Shown: positions 18,912 through 28,828, counted from the stretch's first letter. The stretch: DNA of 64,000 bases from an uncultured Pelagibacteraceae bacterium (GCA_902550055.1 CACCXU010000002.1:71770-135769); one strand, 5' to 3'. The notes: a model not told the origin generated them from the sequence alone. Numbers and translations are program-made.

Positions 18912-21389
18912 TTACTGGTTTAAATTTAAATTTTTTAAAACTTTGAAAGGACTTTCTTTAATGAATTTTTTACTTACTTTTTTTGAGCTTTTTCTTGGTT
19001 TGTATTTAAAAAATATATCATTATTTTTTTCAAAAACTTTATAACCCATAATTTTTAAAAGCTTTTTAAAGTTGTCCTTATTACATCCAAGTAAATTCAA
19101 CATTTCAGGAATTAACTTAATTTCATTCTTTTCTGTGTTTGAATTAATTATTTGAACAAATAATCTCTCTAAAATATCAATTCTTACGTAAAAATTGTCA
19201 AATTTCTCAAATCCACAAAGTAACATAAAATTTCTGTTTTTAATCTTGTCATTTTCTAAAAAATTTAAACCAAACACAGGAGGTTTTAAATTAAAATATT
19301 TTTGATGGTAATTTTTCCAAAGCAAAGTTCTCAGAGATACAGCCTCTGGTTTGATTAATTTATGTAAAAATACATGATATCTTCCAAATTTTACTCCTTG
19401 ATCTCTCAAAAATTTCCGCTCATTTTGTCCTAATATTTTTAGATAATCTTTAACTTGATCTCTTTGAAGGACTCCATTGTTCTCATATAACTGATATGCA
19501 AGAGCTTTAATTGATGAATTTTTTTCTTTAAGGTTTCTTAGATCAATTAAACTGCTCAAAACATTTTGTATTTTATTTTTTAGCCATTTAAATAAATAAT
19601 CATTTAATTTTTTTAATTGATCTGTTTCCAGAATATCATCAACTATAAGAACAATATTTGGATTTAAATAGTCTCTACCCGGTTGTAATTTTGCAATTGG
19701 AGACTTTCTCCAATAAATTTTAAAATCCAGGCTTAGTTCTATTAAACCTGTCTCGATTATTATATCTATTCTTTTTTGAAGTTCAGGACCAACTGTCTGT
19801 CTCGCTGCTTTTTTAAGCGATTTGATATCTGTTTCTAAAGCACCCTTTTTTAAATCTAGTTCTAATTTAAGTCCGTTTATCTTTCCAATAAATTGATCAT
19901 CAATCATTACTTCGTTGTTTTCTAAAATTTTAGTGTCAAATTCCATATCTTGCTTTAAGCCTCTCGCTAGGACGCTTGCCCTTTTGTCAATAAAAGTTTT
20001 TGTAAGCTCCTCATGTAATCTATCTGATAACTTATCCTCTAAGTGTTTTGTTTTTTCTATCCAATAGTTTTGATTTTCTATCCAATTATTTTTATTTGAA
20101 ACATATGACCAAGTTCTTACATTTGCAATTCTATTTGATAAAGAATCTACATTTCCATCTAATTTATCAAGTTTGACGAGTTGAAGTCGCATATAATCAT
20201 CTGTAATTTTACCTTTTTCACTTGTTAAATATTTAAAAACATTTTCAATAACTTCATAGTGATTGCCATAGGTTTTTTTAACAAAATCTGGTATTTGGCA
20301 ACATTCCCATAAAAGACTTAATTTATCTTTATCAAATTTGATATTTTCTAAATTTTTATCTCTTAAAAAAAATTTTAAGGCTTTCTCATCTTCACATTCA
20401 TGTATTTTTCTTAACCATCTTCTATTAGGTTTTTCCTCTAAAGATTTTAATAATTTAAAAGGACTTTCAAAGTTTAAATTTGAATTTCTCCAAAATAAAG
20501 ATTGGATTTCTTCAAATTTATGATTTTCCAATAAATCTACTTCATCAGCATTTATTTCTTTACATTCTCCTGTTATACCAAAATTTCCATTGTTCAAATA
20601 TCTTCCTGCTCTACCAGCTATTTGTCCAATTTCTGCTAAATTTAGCTTTCTTAATTTTTTTCCATCAAATTTTTTTAAATTGGAAAAATAAACATGATCA
20701 AGATCCATATTGATTCCCATACCAATAGCATCAGTTGCGACTAGAAAATCAACATCTCCAGATTGATATAGCTCTACTTGTGCATTCCTTGTCTTTGGGC
20801 TTAGAGATCCCATAACAATAGAAGCGCCTCCTTTTTGTCTTCTTATAAGTTCAGCGATGGCGTAAACTTCCTCTGCAGAAAATGCAATAATTGCAGTTTT
20901 TCTTTGAATTCTCGAAATTTTTTTATGACCAACATAAGAAAGTTTTGAAAGTCTAGTTCGATTTATAAATTCGATGTCACCATCAAGATTAGAAATAATT
21001 GGTCTTATAGTATTTGATCCCATTAACATTGTTAATTTTATTCCTCTTAAGTTCAATAATCTGTCTGTAAAAATATGACCTCGCTCATGGTCTGCGCACA
21101 TTTGAATTTCATCCACACCTACAAAATCTAATTCTTTATCAATAGGCATAGACTCAACAGTACACAGATAATACTTTGCATTTGTAGGAATTATTTTTTC
21201 TTCACCAGTAATTAATGCAACTTTATCTAAACTTACCTTTTTAATTACCTTGTCGTAAACTTCTCTAGCTAACAACCTCAAAGGAAAACCTATCATCCCA
21301 GTGTCAAACGACAGCATAGTCTCAATAGCAAGATGAGTTTTTCCTGTATTTGTTGGGCCAAGGACAGCTGTAATTTTATTTTTTATCAT
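18912..21389 (-). CDS. Suv3/MgpS-like superfamily 2 helicase
   Basis: LGPTNTGKT, PLRLLAREVY, DEIQ, ATDAIGMG, QIAGRAGR. Confidence 0.9.
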   Translation of the reverse strand: MIKNKITAVLGPTNTGKTHLAIETMLSFDTGMIGFPLRLLAREVYDKVIKKVSLDKVALITGEEKIIPTNAKYYLCTVESMPIDKELDFVGVDEIQMCADHERGHIFTDRLLNLRGIKLTMLMGSNTIRPIISNLDGDIEFINRTRLSKLSYVGHKKISRIQRKTAIIAFSAEEVYAIAELIRRQKGGASIVMGSLSPKTRNAQVELYQSGDVDFLVATDAIGMGINMDLDHVYFSNLKKFDGKKLRKLNLAEIGQIAGRAGRYLNNGNFGITGECKEINADEVDLLENHKFEEIQSLFWRNSNLNFESPFKLLKSLEEKPNRRWLRKIHECEDEKALKFFLRDKNLENIKFDKDKLSLLWECCQIPDFVKKTYGNHYEVIENVFKYLTSEKGKITDDYMRLQLVKLDKLDGNVDSLSNRIANVRTWSYVSNKNNWIENQNYWIEKTKHLEDKLSDRLHEELTKTFIDKRASVLARGLKQDMEFDTKILENNEVMIDDQFIGKINGLKLELDLKKGALETDIKSLKKAARQTVGPELQKRIDIIIETGLIELSLDFKIYWRKSPIAKLQPGRDYLNPNIVLIVDDILETDQLKKLNDYLFKWLKNKIQNVLSSLIDLRNLKEKNSSIKALAYQLYENNGVLQRDQVKDYLKILGQNERKFLRDQGVKFGRYHVFLHKLIKPEAVSLRTLLWKNYHQKYFNLKPPVFGLNFLENDKIKNRNFMLLCGFEKFDNFYVRIDILERLFVQIINSNTEKNEIKLIPEMLNLLGCNKDNFKKLLKIMGYKVFEKNNDIFFKYKPRKSSKKVSKKFIKESPFKVLKNLNLNQ

Positions 21390-21558
21390 TTCTATCTTTG
21401 GTATATCTTAATTTTTAGACACCAGATGTAGTTATTGTTAAAGAACAAAAATAGACTAAAACATGACCGAATCAGAGGATAAAAAGTTCTCATTTTTTTT
21501 TAAATAATAATTTAACTTAACATAATTAAACTAATTATAAAAATTATGTACTGAGTGC

Positions 21559-21969
21559 TTAGCCAGTTGTTTTGATTTTTAAAATTTTCCAAATTCCTGA
21601 TGCTGACGTAATTATCCTACCGTTACAATTTAACTCACAAAATAAAAACACAAGAGTTTTTGTTTTTTTTAATATTTTAACTTTCCCGTGGATTTCATCA
21701 TTAACTTTTGATGATCCAATAAACTTTATATCTAAAGAAATTGTTACGCAAGGTGCATTATCAGCTGATCGATGTGCTGCTGTGCCGGCACCGGCATCTA
21801 TCAGTGCAGACAAATAACCTCCATGAGTAATTCCTGCAGCATTTAAATGATTATTATTAATCGTTGATTTAAATTCGTATTCATTTTCAGAGATATTTCT
21901 AAATAAAAGGCCTCCGTTATGTTTCATAAAACCTGGTTTGAGACTGATTTGTTCAAATTGATTAGACAT
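21559..21969 (-). CDS. PaaI-family hotdog thioesterase
   Basis: HLNAAGITHGG.L..LID, CVTISL, ASGIW. Confidence 0.9.
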   Translation of the reverse strand: MSNQFEQISLKPGFMKHNGGLLFRNISENEYEFKSTINNNHLNAAGITHGGYLSALIDAGAGTAAHRSADNAPCVTISLDIKFIGSSKVNDEIHGKVKILKKTKTLVFLFCELNCNGRIITSASGIWKILKIKTTG

Positions 21970-21975
21970 AATTTT

Positions 21976-22074
21976 TTACAATACAAAAGTTAAAATTAAT
22001 ATAATTGCAAAAATAGAAACAAAAAAATATATTACTGACATTTGAAGAGATATTTTTTCTAACCATTTTAACAT
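21976..22074 (-). CDS. 32-aa single-pass membrane peptide MLKWLEKISLQMSVIYFFVSIFAIILILTFVL
   Basis: Not in ORF track. SD AAAGGGG 5 nt before ATG 22074, stop 6 nt before the thioesterase ATG, fills the tRNA-thioesterase gap. Confidence 0.6.
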   Translation of the reverse strand: MLKWLEKISLQMSVIYFFVSIFAIILILTFVL

Positions 22075-22089
22075 AATTTCCCCTTTTTA

Positions 22090-22166
22090 TGGTGCGCCTG
22101 CTAGGAGTCGAACCCAGAACCTCCTGGTCCGTAGCCAAGCGCTCTATCCAATTGAGCTACAGGCGC
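22090..22166 (-). tRNA. tRNA-Arg(ACG)
   Basis: Reverse complement GCGCCTGTAGCTCAATTGGATAGAGCG-CTTGG-CTACGGA-CCAGG...GGTTCGACTCC...CAGGCGCACCA. Confidence 0.97.
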
Positions 22167-22237
22167 ATTTATAAATATATTTGTTTATAGTATATCAATA
22201 TTTAGTGTATTTTAATGATAAGATAAAATTAAAATTT

Positions 22238-23413
22238 ATGAACAACAAACCTGATGACGTGGTAATTTGTAGTGCAGTTAGGACTCCTATTGGCACTTAT
22301 AAGGGATCATTAAAAGATTTGAAAGGAGATCAACTTGGTACTATCGTAATAAATGAGGTTTTGAAAAGAAGCAAGATATCTAATAATCAAATCGATGAAG
22401 TAATAATGGGCCAGGTTTTAACTGCTGGTGGAGGACAGAACCCCGCAAGACAAGCAGCAGTAAATGCTGGAATCCCTGTATCCAAACCTGCTTATTTAGT
22501 AAACCAAGTTTGTGGATCAGGACTAAGAGCCATTATTTCAGGCTACCAACAAATTAAATTAGGAGATGCAAATAATGTAATTTGTGGGGGTCAAGAGAAT
22601 ATGTCGATGACACCCCACTCTTATTTTTATTCAGAGAAAAAAGAAATTTCAAAAGATCAATTAATCAATACTATGATTCACGATGGTTTAATTGACGCTT
22701 TTAAAAATTACCACATGGGAGTTACAGCTGAAAATGTTGCAAGAAAGTTTGATATTTCTAGAAAACAACAAGATGAATTCGCTCTTCAATCCCAAAAAAA
22801 AACAGAAATTGCAATTGAAAATAATAAATTTGATGATGAAATAGTAAGTATAAATCATAAAGGTATTATTTTAGATAAAGATGAACACCCTAGAAAAGAT
22901 TTAAAATTATCAGATTTAGAAAAATTAAAAACAGCTTTTAAAGTTGGTGGGACTGTAACCCCCGGAAACTCATCTGGTATAAATGATGGAGCAGCTGCTT
23001 TGTTATTAACTACATTTAAGGAAGCTCAACAAAATTCACTTAAACCATTGGCCAAAATTATTTCCTGGGCATCTGTTGGTTTGGAACCGTCTTTAATGGG
23101 TCTTGGTCCTATAGAAGCTATCCGCCAAGCATCAAAAAAAGTAAATTGGAATTTAAATGAAATCGATTTATTTGAAATTAACGAGGCTTTTGCTGCTCAA
23201 GCTATAGCAGTTATCAGTGAATTGGGTATTGATGAAAACAAAGTTAATGTAAATGGTGGGGCTATTGCTTTAGGTCACCCAATAGGTGCATCTGGAGCAA
23301 GAATACTCGTGACACTTATATATGAAATGAAAAAACAGAATAAAGAAAGAGGTTGTGCCGCACTTTGTATAGGTGGCGGTATGGGAATTGCGCTATGTGT
23401 AGAAAAAATTTAG
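22238..23413 (+). CDS. Acetyl-CoA C-acetyltransferase (thiolase)
   Basis: RTPIG, GQNPARQA, VNQVCGSG, NEAF, GHPIGASG, CIGGGMG. Start set to ATG 22238. Confidence 0.95.
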   Translation: MNNKPDDVVICSAVRTPIGTYKGSLKDLKGDQLGTIVINEVLKRSKISNNQIDEVIMGQVLTAGGGQNPARQAAVNAGIPVSKPAYLVNQVCGSGLRAIISGYQQIKLGDANNVICGGQENMSMTPHSYFYSEKKEISKDQLINTMIHDGLIDAFKNYHMGVTAENVARKFDISRKQQDEFALQSQKKTEIAIENNKFDDEIVSINHKGIILDKDEHPRKDLKLSDLEKLKTAFKVGGTVTPGNSSGINDGAAALLLTTFKEAQQNSLKPLAKIISWASVGLEPSLMGLGPIEAIRQASKKVNWNLNEIDLFEINEAFAAQAIAVISELGIDENKVNVNGGAIALGHPIGASGARILVTLIYEMKKQNKERGCAALCIGGGMGIALCVEKI

Positions 23414-23526
23414 GAATTAATTTTTCCGTATTTTTCCTCTAACAATATTTTTTGGATCCACACATTAGCATCTTTATATGTGTTGAATTTTGATTGAATA
23501 AATATATTTAATAATTTTTTAATCAT
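23410..23526 (-). CDS. Possible 38-aa hypothetical peptide MIKKLLNIFIQSKFNTYKDANVWIQKILLEEKYGKINS
   Basis: Not in ORF track. Open frame fills the gap and ends with a 4-nt convergent stop overlap with thiolase; no SD, no recognisable family. Confidence 0.35.
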   Translation of the reverse strand: MIKKLLNIFIQSKFNTYKDANVWIQKILLEEKYGKINS

Positions 23527-23622
23527 TATTTGAGTATTTCAATAAAGAGTGTCAAAAAATTGGGTAGAATGTGTTAAAATTAAAGATTAAGTAAATTTTT
23601 TTTATGTATAAAACTTTAAAAA

Positions 23623-26600
23623 ATGACTGAAAAATTGTTAGTTCCTGACATAGGTGATTTTGAGAACGTGGAAGTTATAGAGCTTTTAGTAAAAGAGGGT
23701 CAAGATATTAAAAAAAATGATCCTGTTGTTACTATTGAAAGTGATAAATCGAGTGTTGAAATACCATCAATATTTTCTGGTAAAGTCGAGTCTGTAAATG
23801 TTAAAGTTGGAGATAAAGTTTCAAAGGGAGATCTATTAATAAATATTTCTTCAAATCAATCATTATCTCAAAAAGAAAGTGTTCCAAAAGAAACTGAAAA
23901 TTTAATTCAAGAAGCTGAGAGTATTTTAAGAAAACATCAGGACCAAAATATTCCACAAAAAATAATTGAGACCGAGAAACCAAAAATAATCCAAGTAGTT
24001 AAAGAAGGTGATATCGATCCACTAGAAACAAGTGAATGGCTAGAGTCTTTGTCAGCAGTAATAGAAAAAGACGGAAATCAGAGGGCACATTATTTAATTA
24101 AAGAACTTATCAACAAAGCTTATATGGAGGGTGCTAATATACCCTATACGCAAAATACTCCTTATATAAACACTATACCAATTAACGAGGAAAAAAAATC
24201 TAATGGTGATCAAAACATAGAGAGAAGAATTAGATCTTTAATTAGATGGAATGCCGCCGCAATGGTAGTTAGAGCAAATAAAAAATTCCCAGAACTTGGA
24301 GGGCATATTGGAACTTTTGCATCTGCTGCAACTCTTTACGATGTTGGTATGAATCATTTTTGGAGAGCTAAAAATAATAAATTTGGTGGAGATTTAATTT
24401 ATTTTCAAGGTCATAGTGCTCCAGGTATGTATGCTAGAGCTTATCTGGAAGGTAGACTTAACGAAAAACAATTAGATAGTTTTCGACAAGAAGTAAACCC
24501 TGGTGGTCTTTCCTCATATCCTCATCCTTGGCTGATGCCGAATTTTTGGCAATTTCCAACAGTGTCCATGGGATTAGGTCCAATGCTTGCAATTTATCAA
24601 GCAAGATTCATGAAGTACTTAATCAATAGAGGTCTCATCAAAGATGAAGGGAGAAAAGTTTGGGCATTTTTAGGTGACGGAGAAATGGATGAACCGGAAT
24701 CTTTAGGTGCAATTGGTTTAGCCGCAAGAGAAAAATTAGATAACTTAATATTTGTTGTAAATTGTAATCTTCAAAGACTGGACGGACCAGTTCGTGGAAA
24801 CGGAAAGATAATTCAGGAATTAGAGGGAATTTTTAGAGGTGCAGGATGGAATGTTATAAAAGTTATTTGGGGCTCTTATTGGGATCCATTGCTTGCCAAT
24901 GATAAAACAGGTCATTTAGTTAAAACAATGAATGAGACTGTAGATGGCGAGTATCAAGCAATGAAAGCAAGAGACGGTGCGTATGTGAGAGAAAAATTTT
25001 TTGGAAAATATTTAGAGACCAAAGAGTTGGTTTCCAGTCTTTCAGACAAAGATATTTGGCGACTAAACAGGGGTGGTCATGACCCTCATAAAGTTTTTGC
25101 AGCTTATGATAAAGCATCTAAAAACGTTGGAAGTCCTACAGTTGTAATTGCAAAAACTATTAAGGGTTATGGAATGGGCAAAAGTGGTGAAAGTGTAAAT
25201 ACAACTCATCAGACTAAGAAGTTAGATATCGACGACTTAATGTATTACAGAGATAGGTTTGATGTTCCATTAACAGATCAACAAGTTAAGAATATTGAAT
25301 ACTACAAGCCTGATCAAAATTCTCCAGAGATTAAATACATAAATGAAAGACGAATTCAACTGGGTGGTTTTATTCCTGAAAGAACAACTTACGCGAAACC
25401 TATTAAAGCACCACCAAAAGATATTTTCGATAATATGAAAGTTTCTACAGGTGAAAAAGAAATGTCGACCACAATGGCACTGGTCAGAATGTTAACAAAT
25501 CTTTTGAGAGATAAAAATGTTGCTCCAAGACTGGTTCCAATCATACCTGATGAGGCTAGAACATTCGGAATGGAAGGTTTTTTTCAAAAAATAGGAATTT
25601 ATGCTCATGAAGGGCAAAAATATGAGCCAGAAGACTCTGCTCAATTAAGTTCGTATAAAGAGGAAAAGAGTGGTCAAGTTTTAGAGGAAGGAATTAACGA
25701 GGCTGGAGCGATGTCATCTTGGATCGCTGCAGGAACTTCATATACAAACCATGATATAGAAATGATCCCAATTTATCTTTTTTACTCAATGTTTGGCTTT
25801 CAGAGAATTGGTGATTTTGCTTGGGCGGGTGCTGATAGCCAGTCCAGGGGGTTTTTGATCGGAGCAACCGCTGGAAGAACAACTCTTGCTGGGGAAGGTT
25901 TACAACATCAAGATGGCCATAGCCATTTAATGGCCTCAACTATTCCTAATTGCAGATCTTATGATCCAACATTTCACTATGAGCTTGCAGTCATTTTTCG
26001 AGAAGGTTTAAGAAGAATGCATGAGAAGAAAGAGAATATTTTCTATTATATTACGACCATGAATGAAAATTATCCTCATCCAGAAATGCCAAAAGATAAA
26101 TCATGTGAGGATGGTATTTTAAAAGGGATGTATAAAATAAAGGAGTTTAACAAGTATAAAAAAACTAAAATTCAATTTCTTGGATCTGGCACAATCTTAA
26201 GAGAAATGATAGCTGGCGCGGAAATATTACAAAATGAGTATCAAATCGATAGTGAGATTTGGAGCGTAACAAGCTTTAATGAATTAAGAAGGGATGGTCT
26301 TGAGGTAGAGAGATACAATCTTCTTAATCCTGATAAAGAGCCTAAAAAAAGCTATGTAGAAAAATGTTTGGGTAATACTGAAGGACCAATTTTAGCAGCT
26401 TCTGATTATATGAGAATGAATTCTGATCAGATTAGACCATATGTAAATAAAAGTTTTTATTCATTAGGGACGGATGGATTTGGTAGAAGTGATACAAGAA
26501 AGAAGTTAAGAAAATTTTTTGAAGTTGATAAGGAACATATCACAACATATGGGTTGAGCATTTTAGCTAAGGAACAGCTTATTGCATCAAAATATGCAAA

Positions 26601-26658
26601 AGAAGCAATCAAAAAGTATAAGATTGATATTGATAAACCTATGCCAACAAAATTATAG
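23623..26658 (+). CDS. aceE: Pyruvate dehydrogenase E1, homodimeric type, with fused N-terminal lipoyl domain
   Basis: VPDIG...IESDKSSVEIPS lipoyl domain; DIDPLET.EW, GGH, SSYPHP, GDGEMDEPES, GEGLQHQDG. Confidence 0.96.
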   Translation: MTEKLLVPDIGDFENVEVIELLVKEGQDIKKNDPVVTIESDKSSVEIPSIFSGKVESVNVKVGDKVSKGDLLINISSNQSLSQKESVPKETENLIQEAESILRKHQDQNIPQKIIETEKPKIIQVVKEGDIDPLETSEWLESLSAVIEKDGNQRAHYLIKELINKAYMEGANIPYTQNTPYINTIPINEEKKSNGDQNIERRIRSLIRWNAAAMVVRANKKFPELGGHIGTFASAATLYDVGMNHFWRAKNNKFGGDLIYFQGHSAPGMYARAYLEGRLNEKQLDSFRQEVNPGGLSSYPHPWLMPNFWQFPTVSMGLGPMLAIYQARFMKYLINRGLIKDEGRKVWAFLGDGEMDEPESLGAIGLAAREKLDNLIFVVNCNLQRLDGPVRGNGKIIQELEGIFRGAGWNVIKVIWGSYWDPLLANDKTGHLVKTMNETVDGEYQAMKARDGAYVREKFFGKYLETKELVSSLSDKDIWRLNRGGHDPHKVFAAYDKASKNVGSPTVVIAKTIKGYGMGKSGESVNTTHQTKKLDIDDLMYYRDRFDVPLTDQQVKNIEYYKPDQNSPEIKYINERRIQLGGFIPERTTYAKPIKAPPKDIFDNMKVSTGEKEMSTTMALVRMLTNLLRDKNVAPRLVPIIPDEARTFGMEGFFQKIGIYAHEGQKYEPEDSAQLSSYKEEKSGQVLEEGINEAGAMSSWIAAGTSYTNHDIEMIPIYLFYSMFGFQRIGDFAWAGADSQSRGFLIGATAGRTTLAGEGLQHQDGHSHLMASTIPNCRSYDPTFHYELAVIFREGLRRMHEKKENIFYYITTMNENYPHPEMPKDKSCEDGILKGMYKIKEFNKYKKTKIQFLGSGTILREMIAGAEILQNEYQIDSEIWSVTSFNELRRDGLEVERYNLLNPDKEPKKSYVEKCLGNTEGPILAASDYMRMNSDQIRPYVNKSFYSLGTDGFGRSDTRKKLRKFFEVDKEHITTYGLSILAKEQLIASKYAKEAIKKYKIDIDKPMPTKL
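23734..23765 (+). repeat. 32-nt exact direct repeat, copy 1 (lipoyl-lysine region of aceE)
   Basis: ATTGAAAGTGATAAATCGAGTGTTGAAATACC, identical at 26774-26805. Confidence 0.9.
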
Positions 26659-26659
26659 A

Positions 26660-27934
26660 ATGCCCAAAAAAGATATAAAAGTTCCAAATATTGGTGAATT
26701 TAAAGATGTAGAGGTTATTGAAATTATAGTCAAAAAAGGTCAAAAGATTAAAAAAAATGATCCTTTAATAACAATTGAAAGTGATAAATCGAGTGTTGAA
26801 ATACCCTCATTACATAATGGAATAGTTACAGAATTAAATTTAAATGTTGGGGATAAGGTTTCTGAAGGTGATAAAATATTAGAAATTGAATTAAAAGACA
26901 ATCAAGTAGAAACTAAATTAAAAACTGAAGAAATTAAAACAATTAAAAAAGAAAATACTAAGGAAACAAAAAAAGAAATTGAAAGAGAAGTTAGAAAAAA
27001 AAATGTTATTGTAAAAGATTTTTCTAAAAAAACTGCAGCCTCACCAAAAGTCAGAAAATTTGCAAGAGAACTTGGTGTTGATATTAGTAAAGTTGAAGGG
27101 AGTGAAAGACTAGGAAGAGTAACTGAAAGTGATGTAAAGTCATTTGTCGCAAATAAACCTGAGAGAAATTCTAAAAAAGAATTCAAAAAAGATAAAACGA
27201 TACAACTAGAATATCCTCACTCTGAATTTGGAAAAACAGAAATAAAGGATATCCCAAGAGTGAAAAGACTTTCGTCTAAATATCTTATGAATTCTTGGAC
27301 CAATATTCCTCATGTGACGAATCATGATGAAGCAGATATAACTGAATTAGAGGAGTTTAGAACATCTCTTACAGATATTTACACTGGAGAAAAAAAAAAA
27401 ATTACTCCTTTAGCTTTTATCGTCAAAGCATTAGCTGCATCACTTAAAAAATTTCCAAATTTTAATTCATCTATAGATGAAATTGATGAAGGAAAAATGA
27501 CCTTAAAAAAGTATTATCATATTGGAATAGCTGTAGATACGAAGCATGGGCTTATGGTGCCAAAACTAAGAAATGCTGACAATAAGAATATCTCATTAAT
27601 TGGCAATGAACTTAAAAAATTAAGTGATCAATGTAGGAATCTTAAAATTGATAAAAAAGAATTATTTGGTGGTTCCATGACAATAACAAGTCTAGGAGGT
27701 ATTGGTGGTTCTTTTTTCACACCTATAATTAACTATCCTGAAGTTGCAATTTTGGGAGTTGGCAAATCTCAAAAAAAACAAATTTCTATTGATGGAAAAT
27801 TTATTACACGAATAATGTTACCTTTATCTTTATCATATGATCACAGAATAATTGATGGAGCTGAAGCAGCTCGATTTAACAACGATTTGAAAGATAATCT
27901 GGGAAAAAATTTTGCTTATAAATTAGCTGTGTAA
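26660..27934 (+). CDS. aceF: Dihydrolipoamide acetyltransferase E2 (one lipoyl domain)
   Basis: IESDKS, ASPKVRKFARELGV E3-binding domain, DHRIIDG. Start set to ATG 26660. Confidence 0.95.
   Translation: MPKKDIKVPNIGEFKDVEVIEIIVKKGQKIKKNDPLITIESDKSSVEIPSLHNGIVTELNLNVGDKVSEGDKILEIELKDNQVETKLKTEEIKTIKKENTKETKKEIEREVRKKNVIVKDFSKKTAASPKVRKFARELGVDISKVEGSERLGRVTESDVKSFVANKPERNSKKEFKKDKTIQLEYPHSEFGKTEIKDIPRVKRLSSKYLMNSWTNIPHVTNHDEADITELEEFRTSLTDIYTGEKKKITPLAFIVKALAASLKKFPNFNSSIDEIDEGKMTLKKYYHIGIAVDTKHGLMVPKLRNADNKNISLIGNELKKLSDQCRNLKIDKKELFGGSMTITSLGGIGGSFFTPIINYPEVAILGVGKSQKKQISIDGKFITRIMLPLSLSYDHRIIDGAEAARFNNDLKDNLGKNFAYKLAV
26774..26805 (+). repeat. 32-nt exact direct repeat, copy 2 (lipoyl-lysine region of aceF)
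   Basis: Identical to 23734-23765, offset 3040 nt. Confidence 0.9.
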
Positions 27935-27937
27935 AAC

Positions 27938-28828
27938 ATGTCAAAAACTCTCTCATTATTTAGTGCACTACTATGCACTTTCATTTGGGGGACTACATTT
28001 ATTGCACAAGATACAGGCATGGACGACATTGGCCCATTCACTTTTAATTCAGTAAGATTTTTTGTGGGTTTTTTAGCAATTGTTCCTTTAGCATTAATGT
28101 TTGAAGCAAAAAAACTAAAAAAAGAATTTAGGTTTGATACAAAAACATTTGTTATCCTGTCCTTTTTAATTGGACTATCATTATTTTTGGGCTCAGCATT
28201 ACAACAGGTTGCGTTGCTTTACACTGATGTAGCAAATGCTGCTTTTTTTACAATTTTTTATGTGCCAATGGTCCCAATAATTATTTTCATCTTTAAAAAA
28301 GATTTTTTACATTGGAGTGTATGGCCATCGGTAATTTTATGTTTAATTGGTGGATATTTATTGACAAATTTCCAAGATGCAACTGTTAGATTAGGTGATA
28401 CCCTTGTGGTATTAGGAGCTTTATTTTGGAGTACACATATTATTTTTACTGGCATGATTGTCAAAAAGTACAATCTACCATTGACTATTGGTGCAATTCA
28501 AACTCTGCTAGTTGCTCTATTCTCATTTATAGTAGGTTTATTTTCTGAAGAATTTGTAATCGATAAAATATTAAATGAAATAGACTCAATTTTATATGCA
28601 GGTATTTTATCAGGTGGTTTTGCATTTGTTTTACAAATATATGCTCAAAGAAACATAACTCCAGCACCAGCAGCAATAATTTTTTCTTTGGAGGGTGTGT
28701 TTGCAACAATTGCCGCCTGGTTTCTTTTAAATCAAATATTGGGCATTAATAATTTACTTGGTTGTTTTTTTATATTAAGTGGAGTTTTATTATCTCAACT
28801 AGTTCCATTATTAAGGAAAGCAAGTTAA
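27938..28828 (+). CDS. DMT/EamA family transporter
   Basis: About 10 TM helices, IWGTTF, GPFTFNSVRF, AIIFSLEGVFA. Confidence 0.9.
   Translation: MSKTLSLFSALLCTFIWGTTFIAQDTGMDDIGPFTFNSVRFFVGFLAIVPLALMFEAKKLKKEFRFDTKTFVILSFLIGLSLFLGSALQQVALLYTDVANAAFFTIFYVPMVPIIIFIFKKDFLHWSVWPSVILCLIGGYLLTNFQDATVRLGDTLVVLGALFWSTHIIFTGMIVKKYNLPLTIGAIQTLLVALFSFIVGLFSEEFVIDKILNEIDSILYAGILSGGFAFVLQIYAQRNITPAPAAIIFSLEGVFATIAAWFLLNQILGINNLLGCFFILSGVLLSQLVPLLRKAS

Noticed and set aside
21505-23595. CtrA boxes in TTAA-rich spacers near 21512-21529 and 23574-23590
   Set aside because: TTAA half-sites are not spaced as TTAA-N7-TTAA
26582-26659. Extended N-termini given by the ORF track for aceF (also thiolase 22181, aroK 59182, HIG1-like 12355, ubiB 3353, fmt 61648)
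   Set aside because: Extensions overlap neighbouring genes or promoter space and lack family similarity; downstream ATGs fit better
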